In this document: positions 12,506 to 25,449 of the stretch, piece by piece
Position numbering within the stretch: position 1 is the stretch's first letter
Layout of the letters: each line of letters opens with the position of its first letter
Assembly (NCBI RefSeq): GCF_006345805.1
Contig: NC_043001.1
Location: 38,998,001 to 39,062,000 of the forward strand
DNA from: Octopus sinensis
Lineage: Eukaryota
Length of the DNA: 64,000 bases
Direction of reading: 5' to 3'
Made by a program: the position numbers and the translations under genes
The notes under the pieces: generated by a model
Seen by the model: the letters and a program-made list of their open reading frames with translations, nothing else
The model's database searches: none
Told to the model about the DNA's origin: nothing

Positions 12506-13500
12506 CGAGGTAGTATCAAAAAGTTCCCGGACTAGTTATATTTAATACAAAATTATTTACTTACTAAGTCTTAACATCATCTCCTTCGAAATAGTCACCT
12601 TGTGTGACAATACTCTTGTCTCAGCATTCCTGCCTCTTTTGGAATCCAACCAGAAAGTTGTTTTCCATAAGTGAGTTGAGGATCTTCTGTGATTAAAAGT
12701 ATTAGAACCATGAACATTGAGCTGCATTTTCATCTTGGGAAATAGATGGAATTCTGCAGGCGCTAAATTTGGTGAACATGGTGGGTGTGGAAGTCATTCC
12801 ATGTTGTTTTGGGGGAGAAACTCACGAGTGAGGAGAGCTTGGTAACAGAGTACACTGTTATGAAGAATCCAATTCTTCGCACTCCATAAATCTGGTTGCT
12901 TTCACCAAATGTCCCTTCCTCAAATGTTTCAAAATATCACAGAAGTTACAATTGACAGTCTGGCTCTGGAGGATGAACCCTCAATGCACAATATCACAGA
13001 TGTCGAAGAAAATGATGAGCATGTTCTTGATTGAGCTGTGACTCTGTCGTGCCTTCTTCAGTCATGGAGATGAAGGGCTCTTCTACTGTGATGACTGCTG
13101 CTTTGTCTCAGGGTCAAACCTGTAGGCTCAACTCTTGTAACTGGTGATGATCTTTGACATAAAAGATGAGTCATCAGTGGCATACTAATGAAGATCTTGA
13201 CAAACTTCAACATGATACTCTTTCCGCTCAGTAGGTGAGAGACAAACTTGGCAGAGACACACCACATGTTCAATTCAGATGTTAGGATTGCCAGCATGGA
13301 CCCATACAACAGACCAACGACATCAGCAATGTCACTGATTCCTCCGACAGTCCTCATACACAAGCTGATGAATTTTCTATATTTCCTGGGGGTGATGCTT
13401 TTTGCAGGTCTTCCAGATTGCTCAGTGTCTTTCAGGAATGTTCTTCCACTTTTGCAGCACCTGTACCACTCAAAATATTCTGTATGATCCATTGCTTTGA
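12506..13500 (-). mobile_element. Mariner transposon remnant (3' TIR present, transposase decayed)
   Basis: TA at 12504-12505 followed by TIR-like cgaggtagtatcaaaaagttcccggact. Minus ORF 13058-13492 (FEWYRCCKSGR...QSGRP...CVSAKFVSHLLS) and a downstream HPPCSPNLAPAEFHLFPKMK, a YSPDLAPSD-type motif. Confidence 0.8.
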
Positions 13501-13564
13501 TACAAGAAGCCTAATTGTCCATTTTTATTATTATTATTGTGTATATGTATGTGTGCTTTAATGT

Positions 13565-14200
13565 ATCATCATCCTTTTAATAACAAATGTTCCATGCTCA
13601 CATGCAACTGTGGACATGAAGTTTTTACATGGCACTGGCAGCAGTAACATCACTAAGTAAGTAACTTGCAAGGCAAGACTCCTCAACTGAGAGGAGGAAG
13701 AGTATCAAAAGAAGTGGCTTTGTGCTAAGTGATAAGAGGAATAGAGGGACAGAAATAACTGCTTTGCAGTAGAGGAGATGCATGGCTACCTCAGCTGGAA
13801 AAAGAGGGGAAGGGTGAGAGATGATGATGTGATAATGGGGGGGGGAGTACACTCAAGTTACAGGGGGTGTAAGTGATTGGATAGGGTGAGTTGAGTGGGT
13901 GGGTAAGTTTATGAGAATGCAAAAGAAGAGTGAAAGGTTGAGGGGAAGGGCTGTAGCAAGTGGACACAAGCAGACAGAGGAAGAGTGTGAGGAGGATATG
14001 TTGTTGGGAAGAGATTTGACGGGGACACATTTTGTGCAGGTAGGTTTACAAAGGTGCAAAGGGAGAGTGGGAGATAGAAGGGAGGGGAATACAGTGAGTG
14101 GTGAATATGGATGGAAGGAGGGGGAGGTGTTTGGATTGTGTGGGAGAAGTTTGCCCGGAACATAGACATAAATGACATGCCTTAATTGTCCTGATTTTAC
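13565..14200 (-). mobile_element. Probable fragment of RTE long CT-rich 3' UTR
   Basis: Minus strand resembles 58250-58500 (cttgccttgcaagttactt...gctgccagtgccatgtaaaa). Confidence 0.4.
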
Positions 14201-14254
14201 TTAGCTGGATGAATCTTCTCAAGCACAGCGAATCACCAACTGTTTCACAGGGGT

Positions 14255-14420
14255 TTTGTTGATTACAATGACTCCAGTACTTGACTGTACTTACTTTATC
14301 GACCCAAAATGATGAAAGGCAAAATCACCTTCAGGTGGAATTTGAACTCAGGATGTAAAAACAAGAAATGCTGCTAAGCACTTTGCCCAGTGCAGTAATG
14401 ATTGAGCCAGCTCACTGTCT
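14255..14420 (-). mobile_element. tRNA-like SINE, same family as the 6.7-8.2 kb cluster
   Basis: gatgaaaggcaaaatcacc...gaatttgaactcaggatgtaaa...gccagctcac, followed by (AAT)n. Confidence 0.65.
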
Positions 14421-15729
14421 TATATGGAAATAATAATAATAATAATCAAAAAAACAGTATGGTATTCAATGCTTTATAGGATATATAAGTATTTCAACAA
14501 AATTCTGAATTAACTATTTAACAGTTGTAGAAACATTATGCAACTTTACATTTGACCTCATTAGTATCTCTCAATAAATACAACAGATTTAAAGCTCCAA
14601 GTATATACACTTTTCCCAATAATAGTAATAGTGTATAGGAGTTTTGACATCTGTGGCTGCATTATGTTTCTACAAATGTGATATAAATACTTTGGCATTT
14701 TTCGGAAACACATGCATGTCCAATAAAGTGATGGCTACCATACTGGATTTTTGATTATTACTATCATCAGTGTTGTTGTTATTTGGCTTGTATTCTGCAC
14801 AGTAGCCTACCCCAAGTTTGATGCCCTGTATCATAATACATTGGATATTAGTGTGAAGTGCGGAACCCACAAATGAGCCTGATCTTTGGCGACATATCGT
14901 ACTTTACAGCGTCTTTCTTTTAATATATACTAGTGTGAACAAGCTATCTTCAAGATAGCAAGTCTTACATTGGTTTGATATCATTGTATCATATATATAT
15001 ATATATATGTAATCAAAAAATGCAACAAGGGTATACAGAAGTAATGCAGTACAATCGTTTCACGTAATTCCATTTAATTGAACAATGCAATCATTAAATC
15101 AATTTAAATGCAGAGCAATCTTCAACTGCATAAAGACATAGAATTTATTTAAATTAAATCAGATGGACACATTAGTATAATTTTACATAAAATCTCCAAG
15201 AAGGTAAGGAGATTTACAGAGAACATGCTATCTTCACTTCAGCTTAGAAGTTACTAAGGAAGAAAGACTTGTTACAGATTTTGCTTGTCACTGTTTTATG
15301 GGGTCAGTTTTAATTTATAGACTAGTTTATCAAATATTTGTATATCTAAGGCCAAAAGAGCAAGGAGTAATGCCTGTCAGGAAGTGGGCTGAGGGAATCA
15401 ACAGAAATCATAATGGGTATAGTCATAAAAAACTATCAAGATTTATTTTGAAGCAGTATCATGAGATTTGGTAAAGGAAAACTGAAATCAAGATTTTAGC
15501 TTCCATTTAAAGGGGCAGGCCACTATTAGACCATTTATAATGAAAAATGGGAAATCTTATGTGGTACTATAGTTAAAAATTTGAAACATTTTAAACAATA
15601 TTTCCATATTGTATAAAGTTAAAATTTAGGGTTATTCAGAAGAATATTAAAACAAAAGGATGAAAAGATTTTTTTGAATACTTTTGAGTATATACCAAAC
15701 TTTTACCACATTAGAGGGAGGAAAAGAAG

Positions 15730-17620
15730 TTATCTCATAATAGCTTAATATTTATACTTATTATATACTTAAATACGAACTTATCAGATTGTATCTATGA
15801 AGATTGATCAATTAGTATATACTGGTATTTAATAAAGGTGTACTGAGGTAAGAGAGCATGCTAACTATATATTAATTAAATTATAATCTAAGCAGTTTAT
15901 TTTAAGGAGTGAATATACCAGTATTGTTTTATATAAGCTAAGTATGAATTTATAGAGGTACAAAATTAGATTCATTTTATAAATAAATAAAGGCTATTTT
16001 AAAATAATAGATAATAAAATAATCAGGTAGGGCAGAACACCATTTTCTTCTAACCACTCAGTTGAAGTCGACTCTCGGTCACTCGTTGGATCAGTGTCCT
16101 CCAGTCAGTTCTATCCTGGGCCGCTTCTTTCAGACTGGCTATGTCCATTCCGGTATCACTCTTGATGGTGTCAAGCAAGCAGGTTCTCGGTTGGATTCTT
16201 CCTCTCTTGCCACTGACCATTCCGAGCATGATGTCCTTCTCCAGGGATTTTCTCCGCATAATATGACCGAAATATGCCAATCTATGCTTGGTGATCCTAG
16301 CTTCTAGCAACATTTCCGACCTTATCTGCTTAAGAACTTCTCCATTGGTGAGCCTCGCTGTCAATGGAATCCGTAAAAGTCTTCTCCAACACCAAAGCTT
16401 AAATGCATTAATTCTCTTCTGGTCAGCTTTCTTTAGTGTCCATGTCTCGCATCCATATGTTGCTATTGGGAAGACAATTGCATTCACCAATCTGCATTTG
16501 GTAGCGAGTCTGATGTCTCTACTCTTCCAGACCCTGCTCATGCTGACCATTGCCTCTCTGCCTAGTACTATCCTAGTACTATCTTATTTCTGGAGTGCAG
16601 TTACCATCTTGATTTATTTTGGAGCCAAGGAAGATGGAATCATCAACCACTTCAATCTCTTCATTATCGATCTTGATGCTGATGTTTGTCATGGCTGATG
16701 TTGACATGATCTTTGTTTTCTTAACATTGAGGTACAGCCTAAATTTCTCACTCTCTTTCTTGACCAGCAGGACAAGATCCTCCAGATCCTTACCACTCTC
16801 CGCCAGCAGGGTTATATCATCTGCATAGCGAAGGTTATTAATATTTCTTCCTCCAATCCTAACTCCAATGCTGCTATCCTCCAGGCCTGCATTCCTCATG
16901 ACCTTTTCAGCGTACATGTTGAAGGCTGCTGGTGACAGGATGCAACCTTGCCGATATCTTAATCACTAACAACATGACAAAGTAAATATACCTTATTGAC
17001 ATCAATAGAGAAGGTTTAAAGAAAATGTATAATAATTTAAGTATACTAAACTAAAATTAAATCTTTATTTATTAAGCTAGTATCAATAAAGACTGATACC
17101 TGGTATTATCTAAAGGAATATTGATGTTTTAGGGCATACTAATTCCATACTAAATTTTAAAACTAAGAAGTATATTATAAGCTTTAGAAGATATTATTCT
17201 TACTCCATACATAATATTTATAGTTTCTTAGGGGTACTTAATTTGAAGGGCTACTCATATAAAGGCATATATAAATACTAAGATCAGGAGGGTAGAGCAC
17301 TTTAAAATAATTAGGTAGGGTAGAACACCATAGAAAAGTATATAAAATAGCTTAATCACTAAAAACCATGATGAAGTATATACACAACTTAGTAACATCA
17401 ATAGAGAAGATTTATAGAAAATGTATACAATTCAAGTATTTAAAACTAAAAATAGTTTATTTACTTATTTAGCTTTTATCTCTAAAGACTGTTACCCTGT
17501 ATTAGCTAAAGTAATAATGTTGTAGGACATGCTCACTATATACTAATTTGAGCAAAGAAGTTTCTAATAGGTTTTAAATTTCAAGATCAATAAAGTGCTA
17601 CTTTCTAAAATATTTAAAGG
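15730..17620. repeat. Degenerate ~390-bp AT-rich tandem repeat (about three units), split by a BovB-like insertion
   Basis: cttaatcacta...catcaatagagaag recurs at ~16957 and ~17351; aaataat(c/t)aggtaggg(c/t)agaacacca recurs at ~16018 and ~17327. Confidence 0.55.
16046..16955 (-). mobile_element. BovB-like RTE LINE, 5'-truncated, well preserved
   Basis: RQGCILSP...RYADDITLLAES...LNVKKTKIM (16579-16917), then SRDIRLATKCRLVNAIVFPIATYGCETWTLKK...WCWRRLLRIP...YFGHIMRRKSLEKDIMLG...ESRLQLSG* (16050-16550), the BovB C-terminal pattern. The break between ORFs coincides with an 11-bp tandem duplication (cctagtactat x2, 16561-16582). Confidence 0.9.
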
Positions 17621-19330
17621 TACAGGTGACACTATGTACATATGATACCCTAAGGTCTAATCAATTATTAATCAGGTTGCCCTTATCTTTTTGCTTAAAA
17701 ATTTCATGTTTCCATAGAGAACAGCTCACACCCATATCTGCTATTTCCTTCAATTTCCAAATTTTACTGGATAATAACGTACAAATTGCTTTATACTTAA
17801 GTTTAAAGGATGACAGGTAGTTGTATAGATGCCGTTTCATATTAATCAAACAACTGATATATATAAAATCATTAGTTGTAGTTTTTATTGTACAGTTATA
17901 TATCACGTTCTGGGTAAGATGTAAGCAGAAAGCGAATTGTACTTTAACATCCTCTCCAATCTGCATATCTAACCTCTCTTCCACTGAGGAAATTTTCAAT
18001 AATCACGCACCATATTACACACAAGCACTTGCTGCTAGCGGCATTTTCCAACAAATAGAATACATCCATAACACCAAGCTCAAACAATATATATTTCAAA
18101 TCACATCTCAAACACCCACCAACCATCATAACGACCAACCACACACACTCATTGATGGAACCCAGGAAGGTCTTACACCTAGGCAACCTAGATCCCACAT
18201 ACATACATTTAACACTAGGTCAAAAACTAAAACAACTAAAACAGCTAATAACAAAAGGCTTCACTGCCCACATACATTCTACAAAAGTATAGATAGCACT
18301 TCTTTATCTAAAAACTTTGATAGCACTACATCCAGACACTCTAAAATAAGTGGCAGATGCGCCATTCTGTGGTACATACCCCCATTCTCACTTAACTTTA
18401 AGAACTTAGCTGAATCCTTCTTTAAAATACTAGACTCTAACTTCCTTCAGAAACATAAATATCATTCTATCTTTATTAGATCCACTCTGAAACTATCTTA
18501 TTCTGCCCCACCCAATTTTGAATCTATTGTAGCAGCCTCTAATAAGCACTTTACTATCAAAACTCACATAATTACAACTCTAGTCATAAGAACACTCAAC
18601 ATATACACAGCTCCAGCACAGATGCCCTTACATTAGACCACAACGACAACCCAACCCATCCTACTGATACTGCCCAGAACACCACCACAATTTCTACCAC
18701 TCTTACAAATAGTACAATTAATAACAACAATAGTAATAATAACAATAACATTAATGATAATGTTAATAATACTAATAATCTAGAATCTTCGACCCCCTTC
18801 TCTAACCTCTCCTCTGATAATATTACCTCCTCCATTCCTGAACACATTCCCCAAAATTCACTTAATTGTAACTGCCATCCTGGAATCATTTGCCTGTTAC
18901 AAACCCATTGCAGAAGATATAATGTAATTTATAAATGCACTGTCCTTAATATATTACACAACTCTACAGCCATATACATAGGATCAACCCAAAATTTTAA
19001 GCAGCGATATGCCGCTCACCTCCATTCTTTTAGATATGATAAACATAGTAAATCTACAGCACTCGCCAACCATATACATCATCTCAAAAATACAAATATA
19101 CCCTACTGGATTCAGGGCATCCCTACAGAGGTCAACGCTCAACCAGCTAGCTTTGCCTGAAGGAGGCACTTCACATATTAAAGCACAACTATCTAACACT
19201 GCTAAATAAACATAATGAGGCACTAAGCACATGCAACCACCACTTTTTTCACACATTCAAATTCTTCCACAAATCCAAATGCCTAAATGACCATACAGCA
19301 TATTTCCACAATACCCCTTAGGTAATCCCA
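17620..19330 (+). mobile_element. Penelope-like retroelement remnant (RT C-terminus and GIY-YIG endonuclease)
   Basis: ORF 17821-18636 contains SNLSSTEEIFNNHAPYYTQALAASG and ILWYIPPFSLNFKNLAESFFKILDSNF...STLKLSYS. Downstream frameshifted CNCHPG...VIYKCTV...YIGSTQNFKQRYAAHLHSFR...STALANHI is a GIY-YIG domain. Confidence 0.78.
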
Positions 19331-20184
19331 ATAACCTTATAAATGTGTGTATGTGTATGTATGTATGCAAGGTATATATACCTGCGTGTATAGGGGCGAT
19401 AATACTTACAATTACATGTATGTATGGGTCTACATATACCTATGAGTACGTGTTGTATGTGTAGGTGTTGATATGTATAAATATCTATATTAATATATGC
19501 ATGTGTATACCTGTTTATATATATATATTCTTCTACTACTAAGCATAGACCAGTCCTCTAACCAACCTAACCTATATTCTCAAATTCTTCATTCCACCAA
19601 TTTACTACTCCTACCCCCGTCTCTGCCCCTCACTTAGGCTCTATCACTACTTTCCTGACAATCCTTTACTCTTTACACTCCCATACCTATCTCTCTCTAT
19701 CACCAATCAACCCCCATTCCTTCTATCTGACACTCTTTACACTTTACCCTATCATCTTTTTACACTCTCATATCTTTCTCCCTTTATCACCCCACCTCCC
19801 TATTCCTACTATCAATTTATCTTAACTGACCACTAACCAGTATATTCATCTCTTTATTATCTCTCTCCCCACTTTTTTTTCTTTTTTCTTTTCTTTGTTC
19901 CTATCCTCCTGGTTTTGATTTGATGTTACAAATACATTACCAACTTTTAAGTCACTTTAAATAAAACCCTCAATTTAATAACAATGTGTACAAACTCTAT
20001 ACTTGGAGTGACCAACTTTAAATATTATTGGAACTTACTCACAAGGTACTGGACTCTTATATGTATACCATTCTGCCCAAATAATGGATCTACAGATGCA
20101 ACATCCCTACATATCTCATGTCTATTTTCATTCCTCCACTCTTTGTTTCATATCTATGGCTTAACCATTTTCTTACACTGTCTT

Positions 20185-22661
20185 GCAGTGTTTCTACAGC
20201 TGGATGCCCTTCCTTATGCCAACAAGTCAGAGCATAGTGGGTGCTTTTTATGTACCACTGGCACAGGAGCCAGAGGAGCTGGCGTTGATCACAATCGGAT
20301 GATGCTTTTTACATGCCACCAGTACAGAATTCAGTCAAAGCGGCACTGGCATTGTCCACGTCCGGATGGTGCTTTTTACATGCTACCAGCAAGGGGTTTA
20401 CAACAACAATTTCCATTTGATCTAATTTTGATATTGCTGTTGATGTTTATGTACTTGACTCAATAGATCTCCTCAAGCATGGCATGTCACCCTACAATCC
20501 AAAGTACTTTTGAGTGGGCTGGTTATGCGACACTGGTGTAGGTTACAGCTGTGGACTCATTTTATTTGCTGGGTCTTCTCAGTCACAGCATACCTCCAAA
20601 GGTCTTGGTCTTTTGTCACTGCCTCTGTGAGGCCCAATGTTCAAACGTCATACTTCGCCACCTCATCTCATATCTTCCTGGGTCTACCTCTACCCCGGAT
20701 TCCTTCCACTGTTTGGGAGTGGCACTTCTTCACGCAGCTCTCCTTGTCCATACCAATGCAAATGTCTCTCTTGCATGCCATATCCAATACTTCTTATGTC
20801 TAACATATCTCTCAGGGAGCTTACACACTGTTATGTGTTCACACTGGCATTACACATCCAGTGGATCATGGTAGCTTCATTTCTTTCAAGCCTACACATG
20901 TCTTCAGCAGCCATGAAGTATGGCAGTTCGCACACATGCATCATACAATCTACCTTTCACTCTGAGTGAGAGACCCTTTGTCACCAGTAGGGGTAGAAGC
21001 TTTCTGAACTTTGCCCAGGCTATTCTTATTCTAGTGGCAACACTCTCTGAGCATCCACTCCCCACTACAGACTTGGTCACCTAGATAGTGGAAGCTATCA
21101 ACTACTTCTAGTTTCTTCCCCTGGCATGTGATGGAATCTGATTTCTGAGCATCTGTGGTGTTGATTGCCCCTGTGCATCTGCTGCATGTGAAAGCTATCT
21201 TCCTGGTTAATCTCCCTTTGATATTACTGCATCTCTTATGTGTCCATAGCTTAAACTGGGTACATCTTATGGAGTTTCTACCTAGATATTTTCTATAGGT
21301 CGAACAAGGCCACCTACCTGAAGAGGTGTGTGATGTGTTCGCCTTCCTACTTACTAGAACTTTGGTCTTTACAACGTTGACTCTAAGGCCCTTTGATTCT
21401 AAACCTTGCTTCCACACTTGATGTTTCTTCTCTAGTTCTGGTAGTGATTCTGCTATCAGGACCAGGTCATCAGCATAGAGCAGTTCCCAGGGCAATCTGT
21501 CTTGAATTCCTCTGTTATTGTCTGGAGGACTATGATGAATAAGAGGGGGCTGAGGGCTGATCCTTGGTGGACCCCCACTTCTACTCGGAATTCTTCACTA
21601 TACTCATTTCCAATACTAACCCTACTCTGTATAGGGCCTGTATACCCCTTATTAACCATTTGTCAATCCCCAGTTTCCCCTTTGCCCACCAGATAAGGGA
21701 TTGGGGGATCCTGTCAAAGACTTTCTCCAAGTCCACAAAAGCCAAATATATCTTGGATAGGTACTTCTCCTGCAGTTGCCATACCAGGAATATAGCATCA
21801 GTGGTGCTGCTTAGTTGGGTTATGACACTCACCGTGACCTTCATCACCTGATCCAGCAGTTTGATACGTCTGTAGTTATTTCTATCTAAAGCATCACCTT
21901 TACCTTTGTAGCAATTGACTATGATGCTGCTGTGCCAGTTATTAGGTATAACTCCATCATGAACCACCTGGTTTACAATACGGGTGACTAGGCCATAGCC
22001 TACACCACCAGACGTTTTAAGCATCTCAGTGGTGATTCCTGATCAGTCGGGGGCTTTTCCTAGCTTCATATCCTTAATTGCTTTATCTACTAGGGTGCTG
22101 TCTATTCAGATAGCTGGTCCCTCTGTTGGATCAACATTTAGCAGGCTCTCTTCCTCCCATTCATTCTCTACATTCAGCAGTCTTTCATAATGGCTCCTCC
22201 AAGCCTCTTTCTTTTCTGAATCATTAACAGCAAGTGCACCATCATCCATGCAGATACATTTCTGTCTTGTGACATCACAATTTTCCCTTACATACTGTCT
22301 TACAATCTGGAATACCTCAGTTCTTTGGTCGTCACATCACTGGACATTGGAAAACTTCTTTTCTGCTTCACCCTTGGCTATGTATACCTGGTACCCAGCT
22401 TCCCTTTTGGCTATTTGGTATGGTTCCCTGCAACCCACACCCTTCCAGGCTTTCCAGGCCTGTTTCTTTGCCCTGATGGCTTTGTCTACTGTATTATTTC
22501 CCCACCACAAAACTCTAGGTCTGGATGGGACTTTGCACCATCCTCAAACTTGGTCTGAGGCACTCAGTAAGCTGTCCCGTAAGAATTTCCAGCTACCTTC
22601 TATGTTTGAGGACTGTAGTTCCTCCTCCCTCTCCTTAAATTTCTTAATGAGGATGTCTCTA
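20185..22661 (-). mobile_element. RTE LINE, 5'-truncated, multiply frameshifted (copy 1 of duplicated block)
   Basis: ORF fragments 21581-22024, 21456-21659 (GVHQGSALSPLLFIIVL) and 21031-21495 (ELLYADDLVL); 3' UTR with aaaagcacc-type units. Confidence 0.85.
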
Positions 22662-22838
22662 GGTGAGATATATATATGTATATATGTAAGTATTATATAT
22701 CATCATTATCAACATCAACATTTAACATCTGTCTCCCATGTGTGCGATGGTTTGACAGGAGCTGGTAAGCCAGAGGACTGCACCAACCTCCATTGTCTGC
22801 TTTGGCATGGTTATTGCATGTGGATGACCTACCTAATA

Positions 22839-23589
22839 CACCTTCTCCTTGACTTATGACAATCTGCACTTATAACCACAAAAAATAAATAAAATATAAA
22901 ATCAATTTTTGGACTTTGGGCAGTTGTGCATACAATAACTATGGCAGCATCTGGTAATACAGGTCTCCCTCAAACCCAGGCATCCACTGCCTGCCACTGT
23001 CTCTCACTCAGTTGCAGAGATTGGATTGGAAGCACACAGAGCAGCAGAAGAAAAAGTGAGAAAGAAGAAGATGAACCAGAAAAGAAATTCACAGTGAAGT
23101 GTCTATTGATTCGTTTTCGCAATTGAATAAAACTCTTACCAGTTTCAAAGCAATGGATCCTAATGTCAACCGCTTTGCAAAGGTTGAATGTATCATTCAA
23201 GACACTTTGTATTGTTATCATAAGATATGAAAGGAAAAAAAACTATTCCAACAAAGCTCACCATGTTCCTCAAAAAACCCTCTGTCTCAACCCAAGAACC
23301 TGACTGTGAAGATTAATATTGTATTTTCAATTGCACTTTTTTCACAGGAACAATTTTTTTATTGTATGTATGTGAAATTTCATTTATTTTAATTTTTACA
23401 TCAATTTTAGATTGTATTTTTGTTTACAGTGCAATAAGGTATTTATGTATTTTTTACATTATATATAATAATTATAGATGAAATTTTTGTGTTTTATATT
23501 TTTGTAATGAAAATACTGCTGAAAAATATAAATTCACCATACAACCTGTCAGTCGGAATGGGACACATTCGTAAGTCGAGAAGAAAGTG
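22839..23589 (+). mobile_element. Tigger/pogo-derived non-autonomous element with TIRs and TA flanks
   Basis: TA 22837-22838 + caccttctccttgacttatga versus reverse complement of the right end cactttcttctcgacttacga + TA 23590-23591 (17/21 match). The interior reads EPEKKFTVK...AMDPNVNRFAKVECIIQDTLYCYHKI, like a Tigger transposase C-terminus. Confidence 0.7.
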
Positions 23590-23699
23590 TATATGCGTGT
23601 GTGAGTCTATCTGTGTGTATATAAAAATATGAGTGTTATTTATTTATACATGTAGGAGTATCAAGGAAATAAAACAAGTTGAAAATACAGTGAGTGGCC

Positions 23700-24560
23700 A
23701 TAAGAGATGCGTTTACCCAGAATATAAACAGTACCTACTAGTTACCTTATGCCAACCAACACATATCAAACCAAATATACCATTTAACCTTGCTAGAACT
23801 TCACTCTCTTGTTTCCAATCTTGAAGTACAGTATAAAAAGCTCCAACAATTAAAACAGGCAGTACTTGAAAGACAATACCTGTCTAAGATAACAGGGAAT
23901 TGAATAGAACATGTCAAAGCAATATACATTGAAGATACACCCAAAACTCTACCTTTTATAACAATTATTACATCACAGACCACAAGAAACACTAAGACAT
24001 TTAACGTTAAAAAGGCAAAAAACTATATACCAGTTCAGAACTACTTCCTATAAACAGTTGAAAAGTATGGTTCTAAATTCATAACTTGTACTTAACTTAT
24101 TGAAGATACATAACATAAATTAAAATCAGCATATCTTTTTATTGTGAAAAACAACTTCACTTGCTCATCAAATAATTTAACATATATCATCATATGTAAT
24201 ATATGCAGTGAAGATTACATTGGAAAAACCAAACTGACTTTGAAAATGAGATTAATGATACACTAAGATTAATAATACAAATTTGAGATCCCAGGACTAG
24301 ATACATCTCAAACAGTGAACAGTTGGACCTATATGCAACAATGAAATCCCACAAATTCCTAGTCTTTCCACTTTATCACTGTGCAGGTGATACCACAAAA
24401 CAAACACAAATAAGTAAAGAAAATACTTTTATTTAAAAATTCAAACCATAGTTGAGTAGGCTACAAAAACATCAAAAATATACAATTTGCCACTCACTAT
24501 AAATGCTTTTCATTTTTATATGAAGATCCCTGCTGATGGAAGTGAATATGGTCTTGTTTC
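23700..24560 (+). mobile_element. Degenerate Penelope-like element (RT thumb and GIY-YIG)
   Basis: PTHIKPNIPFNLAR at ~23755-23800; later ICSEDYIGKTKLTLKMRLMIH and ILVFPLYHC. Many stops. Confidence 0.55.
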
Positions 24561-25449
24561 TGTTAAGGACATTGCTGATGTAGGTATCACTTAGTATTCA
24601 AGCCAACATTACAAAGTCATCAATAAATGCTGATATCCAAGTTACACAGCCTATCCACTTCAACTTCCAATGAGTTTATTGTATTTACCTTTTTTATAGT
24701 TCTCTATCACCATTCAAATATTTTTCTTAAACATTACTGCATTTAAAATAAACTTCACCTCCTTATAAACTTCTGCCTCTCTTTTTAGGCAAGTTAGGCT
24801 ACTGTCTTATTATAAGAATTGTCCACATTTTCAAGATTATACAAAGAACAAATGAGACACTAATACTTCACCTTAGATAATTAAGATAATAACTACTCAT
24901 ACAGCAACTAGACACAGCCCAAAATTCAGGTGTAACTTTTATTAAGCATAGCTATTGTTCTGATTGTCACATGACATATCTACTGCATTTAACTTTTGAA
25001 GTGGCGTTTACATATGGTCATCACATGACATTAATGTATAAATGTAGCAGAGAATTTACCACAGAAATCCCTTACCTCACTATGAGACCATTCTCATCCA
25101 ATCAATCTGTACATTAACTGGTAGTGATCTGAGTCTCACTCTCTCTATAAAAACACATTTTAGAACAACAGCTAGAGGCAATACTGTAGCTGAACCAGCT
25201 CTATGTCCCTCAAATCTTATAATTTTGAAAATCATACAAATGTGGAAACTTAAGTGCATTAATATTAATATATCTTTCTATACACTCTCAATGCATTTTT
25301 AACATTTTTTTAATTTCCTTTATATAACTACTACTACTTATATGGATTAATAACTATTTTTTCTATACATATTCCCCACACAAGGAATGAAAATGTCATC
25401 AAAAACCAACCGAAACAAAAATAGACAGAGCAAAGATATTCTTAAATAA

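Noticed and set aside
24900-25200. Candidate 3' LTR of the Gypsy remnant
   Set aside because: I could not match it to sequence beyond the PBS-like site at 31.8-32.2 kb, so no LTR pair is claimed.
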